Notes: generated from the sequence alone by a model not told the origin. DNA of 64,000 nt from Squalus acanthias (GCA_030390025.1 CM059438.1:56050001-56114000); one strand, 5' to 3'. Positions 1-14,780 are shown, counted from the first letter of the stretch. A program made the numbers and translations.

Positions 1-3000
1 CCTCTGTGTACAGTAGTTCTATCTGATCTGTCCATTCCCTCTGTGTACAGTAGTTCTATCTGATCTGTCCATTCCCCTCTGTGTACAGTAGTTCTATCTG
101 ATCTGTCCATTCCCTCTGTGTACAGTAGTTCTATCTGATCTGTCCATTCCCTCTGTGTACAGTAGTTCTATCTGATCTGTCCATTCCCTCTGTGTACAGT
201 AGTTCTATCTGATCTGTCCATTCCCTCTGTGTACAGTAGTTCTATCTGATCTGTCCATTCCCCTCTGTGTACAGTAGTTCTATCTGATCTGTCCATTCCC
301 TCTGTGTACAGTAGTTCTATCTGATCTGTCCATTCCCTCTGTGTACAGTAGTTCTATCTGATCTGTCCATTCCCCTCTGTGTACAGTAGTTCTATCTGAT
401 CTGTCCATTCCCTCTGTGTACAGTAGTTCTATCTGATCTGTCCATTCCCTCTGTGTACAGTAGTTCTATCTGATCTGTCCATTCCCCTCTGTGTACAGTA
501 GTTCTATCTGATCTGTCCATTCCCTCTGTGTACAGTAGTTCTATCTGATCTGTCCATTCCCTCTGTGTACAGTAGTTCTATCTGATCTGTCCATTCCCTC
601 TGTGTACAGTAGTTCTATCTGATCTGTCCATTCCCCTCTGTGTACAGTAGTTCTATCTGATCTGTCCATTCCCTCTGTGTACAGTAGTTCTATCTGATCT
701 GTCCATTCCCTCTGTGTACAGTAGTTCTATCTGATCTGTCCATTCCCTCTGTGTACAGTAGTTCTATCTGATCTGTCCATTCCCTCTGTGTACAGTAGTT
801 CTATCTGATCTGTCCATTCCCTCTGTGTACAGTAGTTCTATCTGATCTGTCCATTCCCCTCTGTGTACAGTAGTTCTATCTGATCTGTCCATTCCTCTGT
901 GTACAGTAGTTCTATCTGATCTGTCCATTCCCTCTGTGTACAGTAGTTCTATCTGATCTGTCCATTCCCCTGTGTACAGTAGTTCTATCTGATCTGTCCA
1001 TTCCCCTCTGTGTACAGTAGTTCTATCTGATCTCGCCATTCTCTCTGTGTACAGTAGTTCTATCTGATCTGTCCATTCCCCTCTGTGTACAGTAGTTCTA
1101 TCTGATCTGTCCATTCCCCTCTGTGTACAGTAGTTCTATCTGATCTGTCCATTCCTCTGTGTACAGTAGTTCTATCTGATCTGTCCATTCCCTCTGTGTA
1201 CAGTAGTTCTATCTGATCTGTCCATTCCCTCTGTGTCCAGTAGTTCTATCTGATCGGTCCATTCCCTCTGTGTACAGTAGTTCTATCTGATCTGTCCATT
1301 CCCTCTGTGTACAGTAGTTCTATCTGATCTGTCCATTCCCTCTGTGTACAGTAGTTCTATCTGATCTGTCCATTCCCTCTGTGTACAGTAGTTCTATCTG
1401 ATCTGTCCATTCCTCTGTGTACAGTAGTTCTATCTGATCTGTCCATTCCCTCTGTGTACAGTAGTTCTATCTGATCTGTCCATTCCCCTGTGTACAGTAG
1501 TTCTATCTGATCTGTCCATTCCCTCTGTGTACAGTAGTTCTATCTGATCTGTCCATTCCCTCTGTGTACAGTAGTTCTATCTGATCTGTCCATTCCCTCT
1601 GTGTACAGTAGTTCTATCTGATCTGTCCATTCCCTCTGTGTACAGTAGTTCTATCTGATCTGTCCATTCCCTCTGTGTACAGTAGTTCTATCTGATCTGT
1701 CCATTCCCCTCTGTGTACAGTAGTTCTATCTGATCTCGCCATTCCCTCTGTGTACAGTAGTTCTATCTGATCTGTCCATTCCCCTCTGTGTACAGTAGTT
1801 CTATCTGATCTGTCCATTCCCTCTGTGTACAGTAGTTCTATCTGATCTGTCCATTCCCCTCTGTGTACAGTAGTTCTATCTGATCTGTCCATTCCTCTGT
1901 GTACAGTAGTTCTATCTGATCTGTCCATTCCCCTCTGTGTACAGTAGTTCTATCTGATCTGTCCATTCCCCTCTGTGTACAGTAGTTCTATCTGATCTGT
2001 CCATTCCCTCTGTGTACAGTAGTTCTATCTGATCTGTCCATTCCCTCTGTGTACAGTAGTTCTATCTGATCTGTCCATTCCCTCTGTGTACAGTAGTTCT
2101 ATCTGATCTGTCCATTCCCCTGTGTACAGTAGTTCTATCTGATCTGTCCATTCCCTCTGTGTACAGTAGTTCTATCTGATCTGTCCATTCCCCTCTGTGT
2201 ACAGTAGTTCTATCTGATCTGTCCATTCCCCTCTGTGTACAGTAGTTCTATCTGATCTGTCCATTCCCCTCTGTGTACAGTAGTTCTATCTGATCTGTCC
2301 ATTCCCTCTGTGTACAGTAGTTCTATCTGATCTGTCCATTCCCCTCTGTGTACAGTAGTTCTATCTGATCTCGCCATTCCCTCTGTGTACAGTAGTTCTA
2401 TCTGATCTGTCCATTCCCCTCTGTGTACAGTAGTTCTATCTGATCTGTCCATTCCCCTCTGTGTACAGTAGTTCTATCTGATCTGTCCATTCCTCTGTGT
2501 ACAGTAGTTCTATCTGATCTGTCCATTCCCTCTGTGTACAGTAGTTCTATCTGATCTGTCCATTCCCCTCTGTGTACAGTAGTTCTATCTGATCTGTCCA
2601 TTCCCTCTGTGTACAGTAGTTCTATCTGATCTGTCCATTCCTCTGTGTACAGTAGTTCTATCTGATCTGTCCATTCCCTCTGTGTACAGTAGTTCTATCT
2701 GATCTCTCCATTCCCTCTGTGTACAGTAGTTCTATCTGATCTGTCCATTCCCTCTGTGTACAGTAGTTCTATCTGATCTGTCCATTCCCTCTGTGTACAG
2801 TAGTTCTATCTGATCTCGCAATTCTCTCTGTGTACAGTAGTTCTATCTGATCTGTCCATTCCCTCTGTGTACAGTAGTTCTATCTGATCTGTCTATTCCT
2901 CTGTGTACAGTAGTTCTATCTGATCTCTCCATTCCCTCTGTGTCCAGTAGTTCTGTCTGATCTGTCCATTCCCCTCTGTGTACAGTAGTTCTATCTGATC

Positions 3001-6000
3001 TGTCCATTCCCTCTGTGTACAGTAGTTCTATCTGATCTGTCCATTCCCTCTGTGTACAGTAGTTCTATCTGATCTGTCCATTCCCTCTGTGTACAGTAGT
3101 TCTATCTGATCTGTCCATTCCCTCTGTGTACAGTAGTTCTATCTGATCTGTCCATTCCCTCTGTGTACAGTAGTTCTATCTGATCTCTCCATTCCCTCTG
3201 TGTACAGTAGTTCTATCTGATCTGTCCATTCCCCTCTGTGTACAGTAGTTCTATCTGATCTGTCCATTCCCCTCTGTGTACAGTAGTTCTATCTGATCTG
3301 TCCATTCCCCTCTGTGTACAGTAGTTCTATCTGATCTGTCCATTCCCCTCTGTGTACAGTAGTTCTATCTGATCTGTCCATTCCCCTCTGTGTACAGTAG
3401 TTCTATCTGATCTGTCCATTCCTCTGTGTACAGTAGTTCTATCTGATCTGTCCATTCCCCTCTGTGTACAGTAGTTCTATCTGATCTGTCCATTCCCCTC
3501 TGTGTACAGTAGTTCTATCTGATCTGTCCATTCCTCTGTGTACAGTAGTTCTATCTGATCTGTCCATTCCCTCTGTGTACAGTAGTTCTATCTGATCTGT
3601 CCATTCCCTCTGTGTACAGTAGTTCTATCTGATCTGTCCATTCCCCTGTGTACAGTAGTTCTATCTGATCTGTCCATTCCCTCTGTGTACAGTAGTTCTA
3701 TCTGATCTGTCCATTCCCTCTGTGTACAGTAGTTCTATCTGATCTCTCCATTCCCTCTGTGTACAGTAGTTCTATCTGATCTGTCCATTCCCCTCTGTGT
3801 ACAGTAGTTCTATCTGATCTGTCCATTCCCCTCTGTGTACAGTAGTTCTATCTGATCTGTCCATTCCTCTGTGTACAGTAGTTCTATCTGATCTGTCCAT
3901 TCCCTCTGTGTACAGTAGTTCTATCTGATCTGTCCATTCCCTCTGTGTACAGTAGTTCTATCTGATCTGTCCATTCCCCTCTGTGTACAGTAGTTCTATC
4001 TGATCTCTCCATTCCCTCTGTGTACAGTAGTTCTATCTGATCTGTCCATTCCCCTCTGTGTACAGTAGTTCTATCTGATCTGTCCATTCCCCTCTGTGTA
4101 CAGTAGTTCTATCTGATCTGTCCATTCCCTCTGTGTACAGTAGTTCTATCTGATCTGTCCATTCCTCTGTGTACAGTAGTTCTATCTGATCTGTCCATTC
4201 ACCTCTGTGTACAGTAGTTCTATCTGATCTGTCCATTCCCTCTGTGTACAGTAGTTCTATCTGATCTGTCCATTCCCCTCTGTGTACAGTAGTTCTATCT
4301 GATCTGTCCATTCCCTCTGTGTACAGTAGTTCTATCTGATCTGTCCATTCCCCTCTGTGTACAGTAGTTCTATCTGATCTGTCCATTCCTCTGTGTACAG
4401 TAGTTCTATCTGATCTGTCCATTCACCTCTGTGTACAGTAGTTCTATCTGATCTGTCCATTCCCCTGTGTACAGTAGTTCTATCTGATCTGTCCATTCCC
4501 TCTGTGTACAGTAGTTCTATCTGATCTGTCCATTCCCTCTGTGTACAGTAGTTCTATCTGATCTGTCCATTCCCTCTGTGTACAGTAGTTCTATCTGATC
4601 TGTCCATTCCCCTGTGTACAGTAGTTCTATCTGATCTGTCCATTCCCTCTGTGTACAGTAGTTCTATCTGATCTGTCCATTCCCCTCTGTGTACAGTAGT
4701 TCTATCTGATCTGTCCATTCCCCTCTGTGTACAGTAGTTCTATCTGATCTGTCCATTCCCCTCTGTGTACAGTAGTTCTATCTGATCTGTCCATTCCCCT
4801 CTGTGTACAGTAGTTCTATCTGATCTGTCCATTCCCCTCTGTGTACAGTAGTTCTATCTGATCTGTCCATTCCCTCTGTGTACAGTAGTTCTATCTGATC
4901 TGTCCATTCCCTCTGTGTACAGTAGTTCTATCTGATCTGTCCATTCCCCTCTGTGTACAGTAGTTCTATCTGATCTGTCCATTCCCTCTGTGTACAGTAG
5001 TTCTATCTGATCTGTCCATTCACCTCTGTGTACAGTAGTTCTATCTGATCTGTCCATTCCTCTGTGTACAGTAGTTCTATCTGATCTGTCCATTCCCTCT
5101 GTGTACAGTAGTTCTATCTGATCTGTCAATTCCCCTCTGTGTACAGTAGTTCTATCTGATCTGTCCATTCCTCTGTGTACAGTAGTTCTATCTGATCTGT
5201 CCATTCCCCTCTGTGTACAGTAGTTCTATCTGATCTGTCCATTCCCCTGTGTACAGTAGTTCTATCTGATCTGTCCATTCCTCTGTGTACAGTAGTTCTA
5301 TCTGATCTGTCCATTCACCTCTGTGTACAGTAGTTCTATCTGATCTGTCCATTCCTCTGTGTACAGTAGTTCTATCTGATCTGTCCATTCCCTCTGTGTA
5401 CAGTAGTTCTATCTGATCTGTCCATTCCTCTGTGTACAGTAGTTCTATCTGATCTGTCCATTCACCTCTGTGTACAGTGGTTCTGTCTGATCTGTCCATT
5501 CCCCTCTGTGTACAGTAGTTCTATCTGATCTGTCCATTCCCCTGTGTACAGTAGTTCTATCTGATCTGTCCATTCCCCTGTGTACAGTAGTTCTATCTGA
5601 TCTGTCCATTCCCTCTGTGTACAGTAGTTCTATCTGATCTGTCCATTCCCCTCTGTGTACAGTAGTTCTATCTGATCTGTCCATTCCCCTGTGTACAGTA
5701 GTTCTATCTGATCTGTCCATTCCTCTCTGTACAGTAGTTCTATCTGATCTGTCCATTCCCCTCTGTGTACAGTAGTTCTATCTGATCTGTCCATTCCCTC
5801 TGTGTACAGTAGTTCTATCTGATCTGTCCATTCCCCTCTGTGTACAGTAGTTCTATCTGATCTGTCCATTCCCCTGTGTACAGTAGTTCTATCTGATCTG
5901 TCCATTCCTCTGTGTACAGTAGTTCTATCTGATCTGTCCATTCCCCTCTGTGTACAGTAGTTCTATCTGATCTGTCCATTCCCCTCTGTGTACAGTAGTT

Positions 6001-9000
6001 CTATCTGATCTGTCCATTCCCCTCTGTGTACAGTAGTTCTATCTGATCAGTCCATTCCTCTGTGTACAGTAGTTCTATCTGATCTGTCCATTCCCCTCTG
6101 TGTACAGTAGTTCTATCTGATCTGTCCATTCCCCTCTGTGTACAGTAGTTCTATCTGATCTGTCCATTCCCTCTGTGTACAGTAGTTCTATCTGATCTGT
6201 CCATTCCCCTCTGTGTACAGTAGTTCTATCTGATCTGTCCATTCCTCTGTGTACAATAGTTCTATCTGATCTGTCCATTCCCTCTGTGTACAGTAGTTCT
6301 ATCTGATCTGTCCATTCCCTCTGTGTACAGTAGTTCTATCTGATCTGTCCATTCCCTCTGTGTACAGTAGTTCTATCTGATCTGTCCATTCCTTTCTGTG
6401 TACAGTAGTTCTATCTGATCTGTCCATTCCCCTGTGTACAGTAGTTCTATCTGATCTGTCCATTCCCCTCTGTGTACAGTAGTTCTATCTGATCAGTCCA
6501 TTCCTCTGTGTACAGTTGTTCTGTCTGACCTGTCCATTCCCCTCTGTGTACAGTAGTTCTATCTGATCAGTCCATTCCCCTCTGTGTACAGTAGTTCTAT
6601 CTGATCAGTCCATTCCTCTGTGTACAGTAGTTCTGTCTGATCTGTCCATTCCTCTGTATACAATAGTTCTATCTGATCTGTCCATTCACCTCTGTGTACA
6701 GTAGTTCTATCTGATCTGTCCATTCCCCTGTGTACAGTAGTTGTGTCTGACCTGTCCATTCCCCTCTGTGTACAGTAGTTCTATCTGAACTGTCCATTCC
6801 CTCTGTGTACAGTAGTTCCACCTGATCTGTCCATTCCCCTCTGTGTACAGTAGTTCTATCTGATCTGTCCATTCCTCTGTGTACAATAGTTCTATCTGAT
6901 CTGTCCATTCACCTCTGTGTACAGTAGTTCTATCTGATCTGTCCATTCCCCTGTGTACAGTAGTTCTTTCTGATCTGTCCATTCCCTCTGTGTACAGTAG
7001 TTCTATCTGATCTGTCCATTCCCTCTGTGTACAGTAGTTCTTTCTGATCTGTCCATTTCCCTCTGTGTACAGTAGTTCTATCTGATCAGTCCATTCCCCT
7101 GTGTACAGTAGTTCTATCTGATCTGTCCATTCCCTCTGTGTACAGTAGTTCTATCTGATATGTCCATTCCCCTCTGTGTACAGTAGTTCTATCTGATCTG
7201 TCCATTCCCCTCAGTGTACAGTAGTTCTATCTGATCTGTCCATTCCCCTCTGTGTGCAGTAGTTCTATCTGATCTGTCCATTCCCCTCTGTGTACAGTAG
7301 TTCTATCTGATCTGTCCATTCCCCTCTGTGTACAGTAGATCTATCTGATCTGTCCATTCCTCTGTGTACAGTAGTTCTATCTGATCAGTCCATTCCCCTC
7401 TGTGTACAGTAGTTCTATCTGATCTGTCCATTCCCCTCTGTGTACAGTAGTTCTATCTGATCTGTCCATTCCTCTGTGTACAGTATTTCTATCTGATCGG
7501 TCCATTCACCTCTGTGTACAGTAGTTCTATCTGATCTGTCCATTCCTCTGTGTACAGTAATTCTATCTGATCTGTCCATTCACCTGTGTACAGTAGTTCT
7601 ATCTGATCTGTCAATTCCCCTCTGTGTACAGTAGTTCTATCTGATCTGTCCATTCCTCTGTGTACAGTATTTCTATCTGATCGGTCCATTCCCCTCTGTG
7701 TACAGTAGTTCTATCTGATCTGTCCATTCCCCTGTGTACAGTAGTTCTATCTGATCTGTCCATTCCTCTGTGTACAGTAGTTCTATCTGATCTGTCCATT
7801 CACCTCTGTGTGCAGTAGTTCTATGTGATCTGTCCATTCCTCTGTGTACAGTAGTTCTATCTGATCTGTCCATTCACCTCTGTGTACAGTAGTTCTATCT
7901 GATCTGTCCATTCCTCTGTGTACAGTAGTTCTATCTGATCTGTCCATTCACCTCTGTGTACAGTGGTTCTGTCTGATCTGTCCATTCCCCTCTGTGTACA
8001 GTAGTTCTATCTGATCTGTCCATTCCTCTGTGTACAGTAGTTCTATCTGATCTGTCCATTCACCTCTGTGTACAGTGGTTCTGTCTGATCTGTCCATTCC
8101 CCTCTGTGTACAGTAGTTCTATCTGATCTGTCCATTCACCTCTGTGTACAGTAGTTCTATCTGATCTGTCCATTCCTCTGTGTACAGTAGTTCTATCTGA
8201 TCTGTCCATTCCCCTGTGTACAGTAGTTCTATCTGATCTGTCCATTCCCCTCTGTGTACAGTAGTTCTATCTGATCTGTCCATTACCCTGTGTACAGTAT
8301 TTCTATCTGATCTGTCCATTCCCCTGTGTACAGTAGTTCTATCAGATCTGTCCATTCCTCTGTGTACAGTAGTTCTATCTGATCTCGATCTCGCCATTCC
8401 CCTCTGTGTACAGTAGTTCTATCTGATCTGTCCATTCCCCTGTGTACAGTAGTTCTATCAGATCTGTCCATTCCTCTCTGTACAGTAGTTCTATCTGATC
8501 TGTCCATTCCCCTCTGTGTACAGTAGATCTATCTGATCTGTCCATTCACCTCTGTGTACAGTGGTTCTGTCTGATCTGTCCATTCCCCTCTGTGTACAGT
8601 AGTTCTATCTGATCTGTCCATTCCCCTGTGTACAGTAGTTCTATCTGATCTGTCCATTCCTCTGTGTACAGTAGTTCTATCTGATCTGTCCATTCCCCTC
8701 TGTGTACAGTTGTTCTGTCTGACCTGTCCATTCCCCTCTGTGTACAGTAGTTCTATCTGATCAGTCCATTCCCCTCTGTGTACAGTAGTTCTATCTGATC
8801 AGTCCATTCCTCTGTGTACAGTAGTTCTGTCTGATGTGTCCATTCCCCTCTGTGTACAGTAGTTCTGTCTGACCTGTCCATTCCCCTCTGTGTACAGTAG
8901 TTCTATCTGAACTGTCCATTCCCTCTGTGTACAGTAGTTCTATCTGATCTGTCCATTCCCCTCTGTGTACAGTAGTTCTATCTGATCTGTCCATTCCTCT

Positions 9001-11250
9001 GTGTACAATAGTTCTATCTGATCTGTCCATTCACCTCTGTGTACAGAAGTTCTATCTGATCTGTCCATTCCCCTGTGTACAGTAGTTCTTTCTGATCTGT
9101 CCATTCCCTCTGTGTACAGTAGTTCTATCTGATCTGTCCATTCCCTCTGTGTACAGTAGTTCTTTCTGATCTGTCCATTTCCCTCTGTGTAAAGTAGTTC
9201 TATCTGATCAGTCCATTCCCCTGTGTACAGTAGTTCTATCTGATCTGTCCATTCCCTCTGTGTACAGTAGTTCTATCTGATATGTCCATTCCCCTCTGTG
9301 TACAGTAGTTCTTTCTGATCTGTCCATTCCCTCTGTGTACAGTAGTTCTATCTGATCTGTCCATTCCCTCTGTGTACAGTAGTTCTTTCTGATCTGTCCA
9401 TTTCCCTCTGTGTACAGTAGTTCTATCTGATCAGTCCATTCCCCTGTGTACAGTAGTTCTATCTGATCTGTCCATTCCCTCTGTGTACAGTAGTTCTATC
9501 TGATATGTCCATTCCCCTCTGTGTACAGTAGTTCTATCTGATCTGTCCATTCCCCTCAGTGTACAGTAGTTCTATCTGATCTGTCCATTCCCCTCTGTGT
9601 GCAGTAGTTCTATCTGATCTGTCCATTCCCCTCTGTGTTCAGTAGTTCTATCTGATCTGTCCATTCCCCTCTGTGTACAGTAGATCTATCTGATCTGTCC
9701 ATTCCTCTGTGTACAGTAGTTCTATCTGATCAGTCCATTCCCCTCTGTGTACAGTAGTTCTATCTGATCTGTCCATTCCCCTCTGTGTACAGTAGTTCTA
9801 TCTGATCTGTCCATTCCTCTGTGTACAGTATTTCTATCTGATCGGTCCATTCACCTCTGTGTACAGTAGTTCTCTCTGATCTGTCCATTCCTCTGTGTAC
9901 AGTAATTCTATCTGATCTGTCCATTCACCTGTGTATAGTAGTTCTATCTGATCTGTCCATTCCCCTCTGTGTACAGTAGTTCTATCTGATCTGTCCATTC
10001 CTCTGTGTACAGTATTTCTATCTGATCGGTCCATTCCCCTCTGTGTACAGTAGTTCTATCTGATCTGTCCATTCCCCTGTGTACAGTAGTTCTATCTGAT
10101 CTGTCCATTCCTCTGTGTACAGTAGTTCTATCTGATCTGTCCATTCACCTCTGTGTGCAGTAGTTCTATGTGATCTGTCCATTCCCTTCTGTGTACAATA
10201 GCTCTATCTGATCTGTCCATTCACCTCTGTGTACAGTAGTTCTATCTGATCTGTCCATTCCTCTGTGTACAGTAGTTCTATCTGATCTGTCCATTCACCT
10301 CTGTGTACAGTGGTTCTGTCTGATCTGTCCATTCCCCTCTGTGTACAGTAGTTCTATCTGATCTGTCCATTCCCCTGTGTACAGTAGTTCTATCTGATCT
10401 GTCCATTCCTCTGTGTACAGTAGTTCTATCTGATCTGTCCATTCCCCTCTGTGTACAGTAGTTCTATCTGATCTGTCCATTCCCCTGTGTACAGTAGTTC
10501 TATCTGATCTGTCCATTCCTCTGTGTACAGTAGTTCTATCTGATCTGTCCATTCCCCTCTGTGTACAGTAGTTCTATCTGATCTGTCCATTCCCCTGTGT
10601 ACAGTAGTTCTATCAGATCTGTCCATTCCTCTGTGTACAGTAGTTCTATCTGATCTCGCCATTCCCCTCTGTGTACAGTAGTTCTATCTGATCTGTCCAT
10701 TCCCCTGTGTACAGTAGTTCTATCAGATCTGTCCATTCCTCTCTGTACAGTAGTTCTATCTGATCTGTCCATTCCCCTCTGTGTACAGTAGTTCTATCTG
10801 ATCTGTCCATTCCCCTGTGTACAGTAGTTCTATCTGATCTGTCCATTCCTCTGTGTGCAGTAGTTCTATCTGATCTGTCCATTCCCCTCTGTGTACAGTA
10901 GTTCTATCTGATCTGTCCATTCCCCTGTGTACAGTAGTTCTATCTGATCTGTCCATTCCTCTGTGTGCAGTAGTTCTATCTGATCTGTCCATTCCCCTCT
11001 GTGTACAGTAGTTCTATCTGATCTGTCCATTCCTCTGTGTGCAGTAGTTCTACCTGATCTGTCCATTCCCCTCTGTGTACAGTAGTTCTATCTGATCTGT
11101 CCATTCCTCTGTGTACAGTAGTTCTATCTGATCTGTCCATTCCCCTCTGTGTACAGTCGTTCTATCTGATTTGTCCATTCCCTCTGTGTACAGTAGTTCT
11201 ATCTGATCTCGCCATTCCCCTCTGTGTACAGTCGATCTATCTGATCTGTC
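1..11250. repeat. Tandem satellite, 36-38-bp unit (ctctgtgtacagtagttctatctgatctgtccattccc), roughly 300 copies, open at the window start
   Basis: Unit read directly from the sequence; length variation comes mainly from the C-run. All ORFs in this span are repeat translations. Confidence 0.98.
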
Positions 11251-13589
11251 TGAAGGGGACCGAGCTGCTGACATAGACAGCATGCGCTGTTTTTGTAATA
11301 TTTCTCGGTGTGTAAATGATTTCATATCCTTTGTGCCCGCTCTGGGCTGGATTTAAATTTTGCTTATGGCTGTGCGACCATTCCCAATATCCTCACATTC
11401 TTCAAATCCCAATCCCACGGAGATTGATCAGAGTCCAGCCCTCTTACACGCATTCCCCACAACTACTCAGGGTGCAGACTCCCACTCCCTCCCAGGCCAC
11501 AGTCACCAACTCATTACTTCCTCTTCCTTGACTGCATTTCTGCCCCCAACCGCTGTCCCTCCTGAGCTGGGCTCTGCTCCACGTCCTCTCTCTCTCCCCT
11601 GTGTTGTAGCCGCTCTCCAATGGCTTCTCCTCACCTTCACCCCAACAGAATATGTTCAAATGGTCAGAGGCTGAGACCGGGTACATCAGTAAAGAAACAC
11701 GTTCGAGAGTCACAGAGATAGACTGGAGACATACAGGAGGGAGGAGACAGAAGGAGCTTGCACGCCCCACGGATGGTCCTTACGGTGGGTGAGATACGAG
11801 GGAGTGGCCAGCCTCTGTTGACCAGTGTCCCATGAGTTTAGAAGGGGTGGGGAGAAAACCAGTAAAACCATCAAATAAGGACAAACTGGAGAAAGCGCAG
11901 AGTAACTTAATACAGCGCTGGCTCTCTTCAGCTTCTTGGCTGTCCTCTGGCACTATAGTGGCTGTCAGTTAACCAGTTATCTGATCTCTGCAGCATTGCT
12001 GTCTCTCCTCAAGATATAATAGACTGAAGTTTGAAGCTAAATTAGTCTTGATGTAAAGGACAGAACGTCTGCTTTCAATACACTGCTCTTCTCCTGCTCC
12101 AACCAGCGCGCGCACCTCAACAATCGCTGCCCTTGAATGGGCTTTGTCGCAGCATAGTTTGAAATTTCATCCACGGGACTCATTTTATGTTTCAAAGTGG
12201 ATCTTATTTTAATTTTCAAACAACAATAGGCCTATTTGAACAGACCCACCCCAACAGGCTTTTCCAAACAGGCTTATCTGAGCAGGACCACCTGAGCCTG
12301 AGCAGGCCTATCCTCCGCACCAATCCACCTTGACACTGGTGTTGGGGGTGGGGGTGGGGGTGTGGTCATGGAAACAATGCCAACACCCTCGAGAAAATGT
12401 CAGGAATGTAAACTATTTAACGCTCGGGTGATGAAGGAAACTGGTCATCTCCTCAGAATGTTTTAGCTTTGATGCACTGCTTCAGGACGGCTGGCTTGAA
12501 ATTTACTTCAAAACCTGGAGATTATCGCCAGAGTTAATGACTAAATGCTGTTTTACACGGTGCTCTCAGTCTATTAAAGCAATGTGAAGTGTAGGGCTGG
12601 GGCCCACACTCACTCGTTCCTTACTCAGGGGCTGTTGTTAAAGCTGCAGCCTCCTCACCAACCTTCTTAGGGCTCAGTAACTAACAGACTGTGCTCTGTA
12701 CTTCTCTTATTCCTTCTGAACTCCATATCAGCCTTCCATCACATTCTTCCTCTGTTGACTCTGCAGTGTCTCCTGCTCTGATTCATCGTTTGCCAGAATG
12801 GAAAAGCTGGATCCCCTCAGTCTTCCTCCCACACGGACAAGCTTTTAAAAAGCCAAGCTCGGAGTGTCCTAACATTCCGATTTATCTCATCTCTCTCTCA
12901 TTCTTTGACCTTGTCGCTCTTGGCTCTGATTTCTGAATCTCAGAAACCCCAGCCTTGAGTATTTTGCAAAATCAGCTAGCTTGCTATTTCAAGTGCGCTC
13001 ACGTGGAGATCCTGAATTCCAAAACTGTGTAAAATAGGAGTTTGACTGCGCAGCGGCCACATTTCGGGCGCTAAATGGCCTCCTAAGCAATGTTCCATAT
13101 AAGCTAGGCTTTGTTCTGCGTCCGTTTCTGTTGGGCGCGGTCCCTTTAAATTTCTGTGTATGTGCGGTATTTACAATGTAAAGGCCGGTGAGCGGCCCGT
13201 GCGGGACCTCACTGAGACTGCCCGGCCGCACACGCAGCTTAGTAGGAACATTGCGCCTAACCCTCCAATACGGCAGGCAGGAAGTGCACGAGCTGGAAGT
13301 GCGCCAGGCGCCATATTGGTGTAGGCAAAAAATTCAGCGTCCTGGGCCCAGGCCTGAAACATTAGGCCCTTTGCTTGTTCAAGTATTGCACAGGGGTTTA
13401 GGGTCCTGTGCAATATTGGGTTCCCCGGGCCGGCTGCGTACGGGAAAATCAGGTCTTCGTGCGGCCTAACAGGAGGTCCCTAAAGGGACTGCTGCAGGCC
13501 GGAACTAACAAAGTACGTTTCTAAAATATGCTGACCTGAATCTGGAGCTCCTCCCAATCTCACATTAAAACCACACAGGCTGTCAACCT

Positions 13590-14250
13590 CCTCTACACCC
13601 CCCGATCCCGACCTCCACACCCCCCGATCCCAGCCTCCTCCACACCCCCCGATCCCAGCCTCCACACCCCCCGATCCCGACCTCCACACCCCCCGATCCC
13701 GACCTCTACACCCCCCGATCACAGCCTCTACACCCCCCGATCCCAGCCTCCTCCACACCCACCGATCCCAGCCTCCACACCCCCCGATCCCGACCTCCAC
13801 ACCCCCCGATCCCGACCTCTACACCCCCCGATCACAGCCTCTACACCCCCCGATCCCAGCCTCCTCCACACCCTCTGATCCCGACCTCTACACCCCCCGA
13901 TTCCAGCCTCTACACCCCCCGATCCCAGCCTCCTCCACACCCCCCGATCCCGACCTCCACACCCCCCGATCCCAGCCTCCTCCACACCCCCCGATCCCAG
14001 CCTCACACCCCCCGATCCCAGCCTCACACCCCCCGATCCCAGCCTCACACCCCCCGATCCCGGCCTCTGCCCTCTCCGATCCCGGCCTCTACACCCCCCG
14101 ATCCCGGCCTCACACCCCCCGATCCCAGCCTCACACCCCCCGATCCCAGCCTCACACCCCCCGATCCTGGCCTCTGCCCTCTCCGATCCCGGCCTCTACA
14201 CCCCCCGATCCCGGCCTCACACCCCCCGATCCCGGCCTCTGCCCTCCCCA
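13590..14250. repeat. C-rich minisatellite, ~21-26-bp unit (cacaccccccgatcccagcctc)
   Basis: About 28 variant units read directly. Confidence 0.93.
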
Positions 14251-14443
14251 ATCACCGTCAACCGCTACCCACCCTTCCTGGCCACTGATTCCTTCACAGC
14301 CCAATTGCCCAGCACCTTAGTCGACCCCCCTTTTGAACAACTTCCCTAAGGGCCCCAGCTGCCAACACAGCCTAATCTTCGAGTCATCTTTACCAGCGAG
14401 CTGCCTGCGGATGCCCATTAGGTGTCAGCACCTCGCTAATAAT

Positions 14444-14660
14444 AAGAACATTAGAAATAGGAGCAGGAGTCGGCCATTCATCCCCTCGAGCCTGCTCCAC
14501 CATTCAAGAAGATCATGGCTGATCTTCTACCTCAACTCCACTTTCCTGCACTATCCCCATATCCCTTGATTCCCTTAATATTCAAAAATCTATCGATCTC
14601 CGTCTTGAATATAATCAACGACTGAGCCTCCACAGCCCTCTGGGGTAGAGAATTCCAAAG
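14444..14660 (-). mobile_element. CR1 LINE 3' fragment
   Basis: aagaacattagaaataggagcaggagt...ctcgagcctgctcc matches the 3' UTR and tail of the CR1 copies at 53602 and 45960-46050. Confidence 0.88.
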
Positions 14661-14780
14661 ATGAGGCCTGAGGATCAATATCGCGTGTGCCATGGGCCCA
14701 ACCATTCAGGGGCAGGGTTGCACCTGCGCCCCCTGCTCGCCTCTTTATGGGTGTGCATGAATTTCTAGGCCACTGTTTCT

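Larger units (their letters stand above)
13050..14771. mobile_element. GC/CpG-rich degenerate interspersed repeat, possibly a non-autonomous DNA transposon (boundaries uncertain)
   Basis: Motifs such as gggcgctaaat and ccctttaaat resemble the Harbinger subterminal regions in this window. It ends in gaatttctaggcc, but no matching left TIR was found. Confidence 0.3.

Noticed and set aside
1..11250. CRISPR-like array of ~37-bp repeats and the many short ORFs
   Set aside because: Units are head-to-tail with no unique spacers, there are no cas genes, and the context is eukaryotic.
11260..13000. Downstream exons of the host gene, for example ORF 12037-12219
   Set aside because: No recognisable motif or convincing phase-compatible splice pair; cannot be excluded without RNA data.
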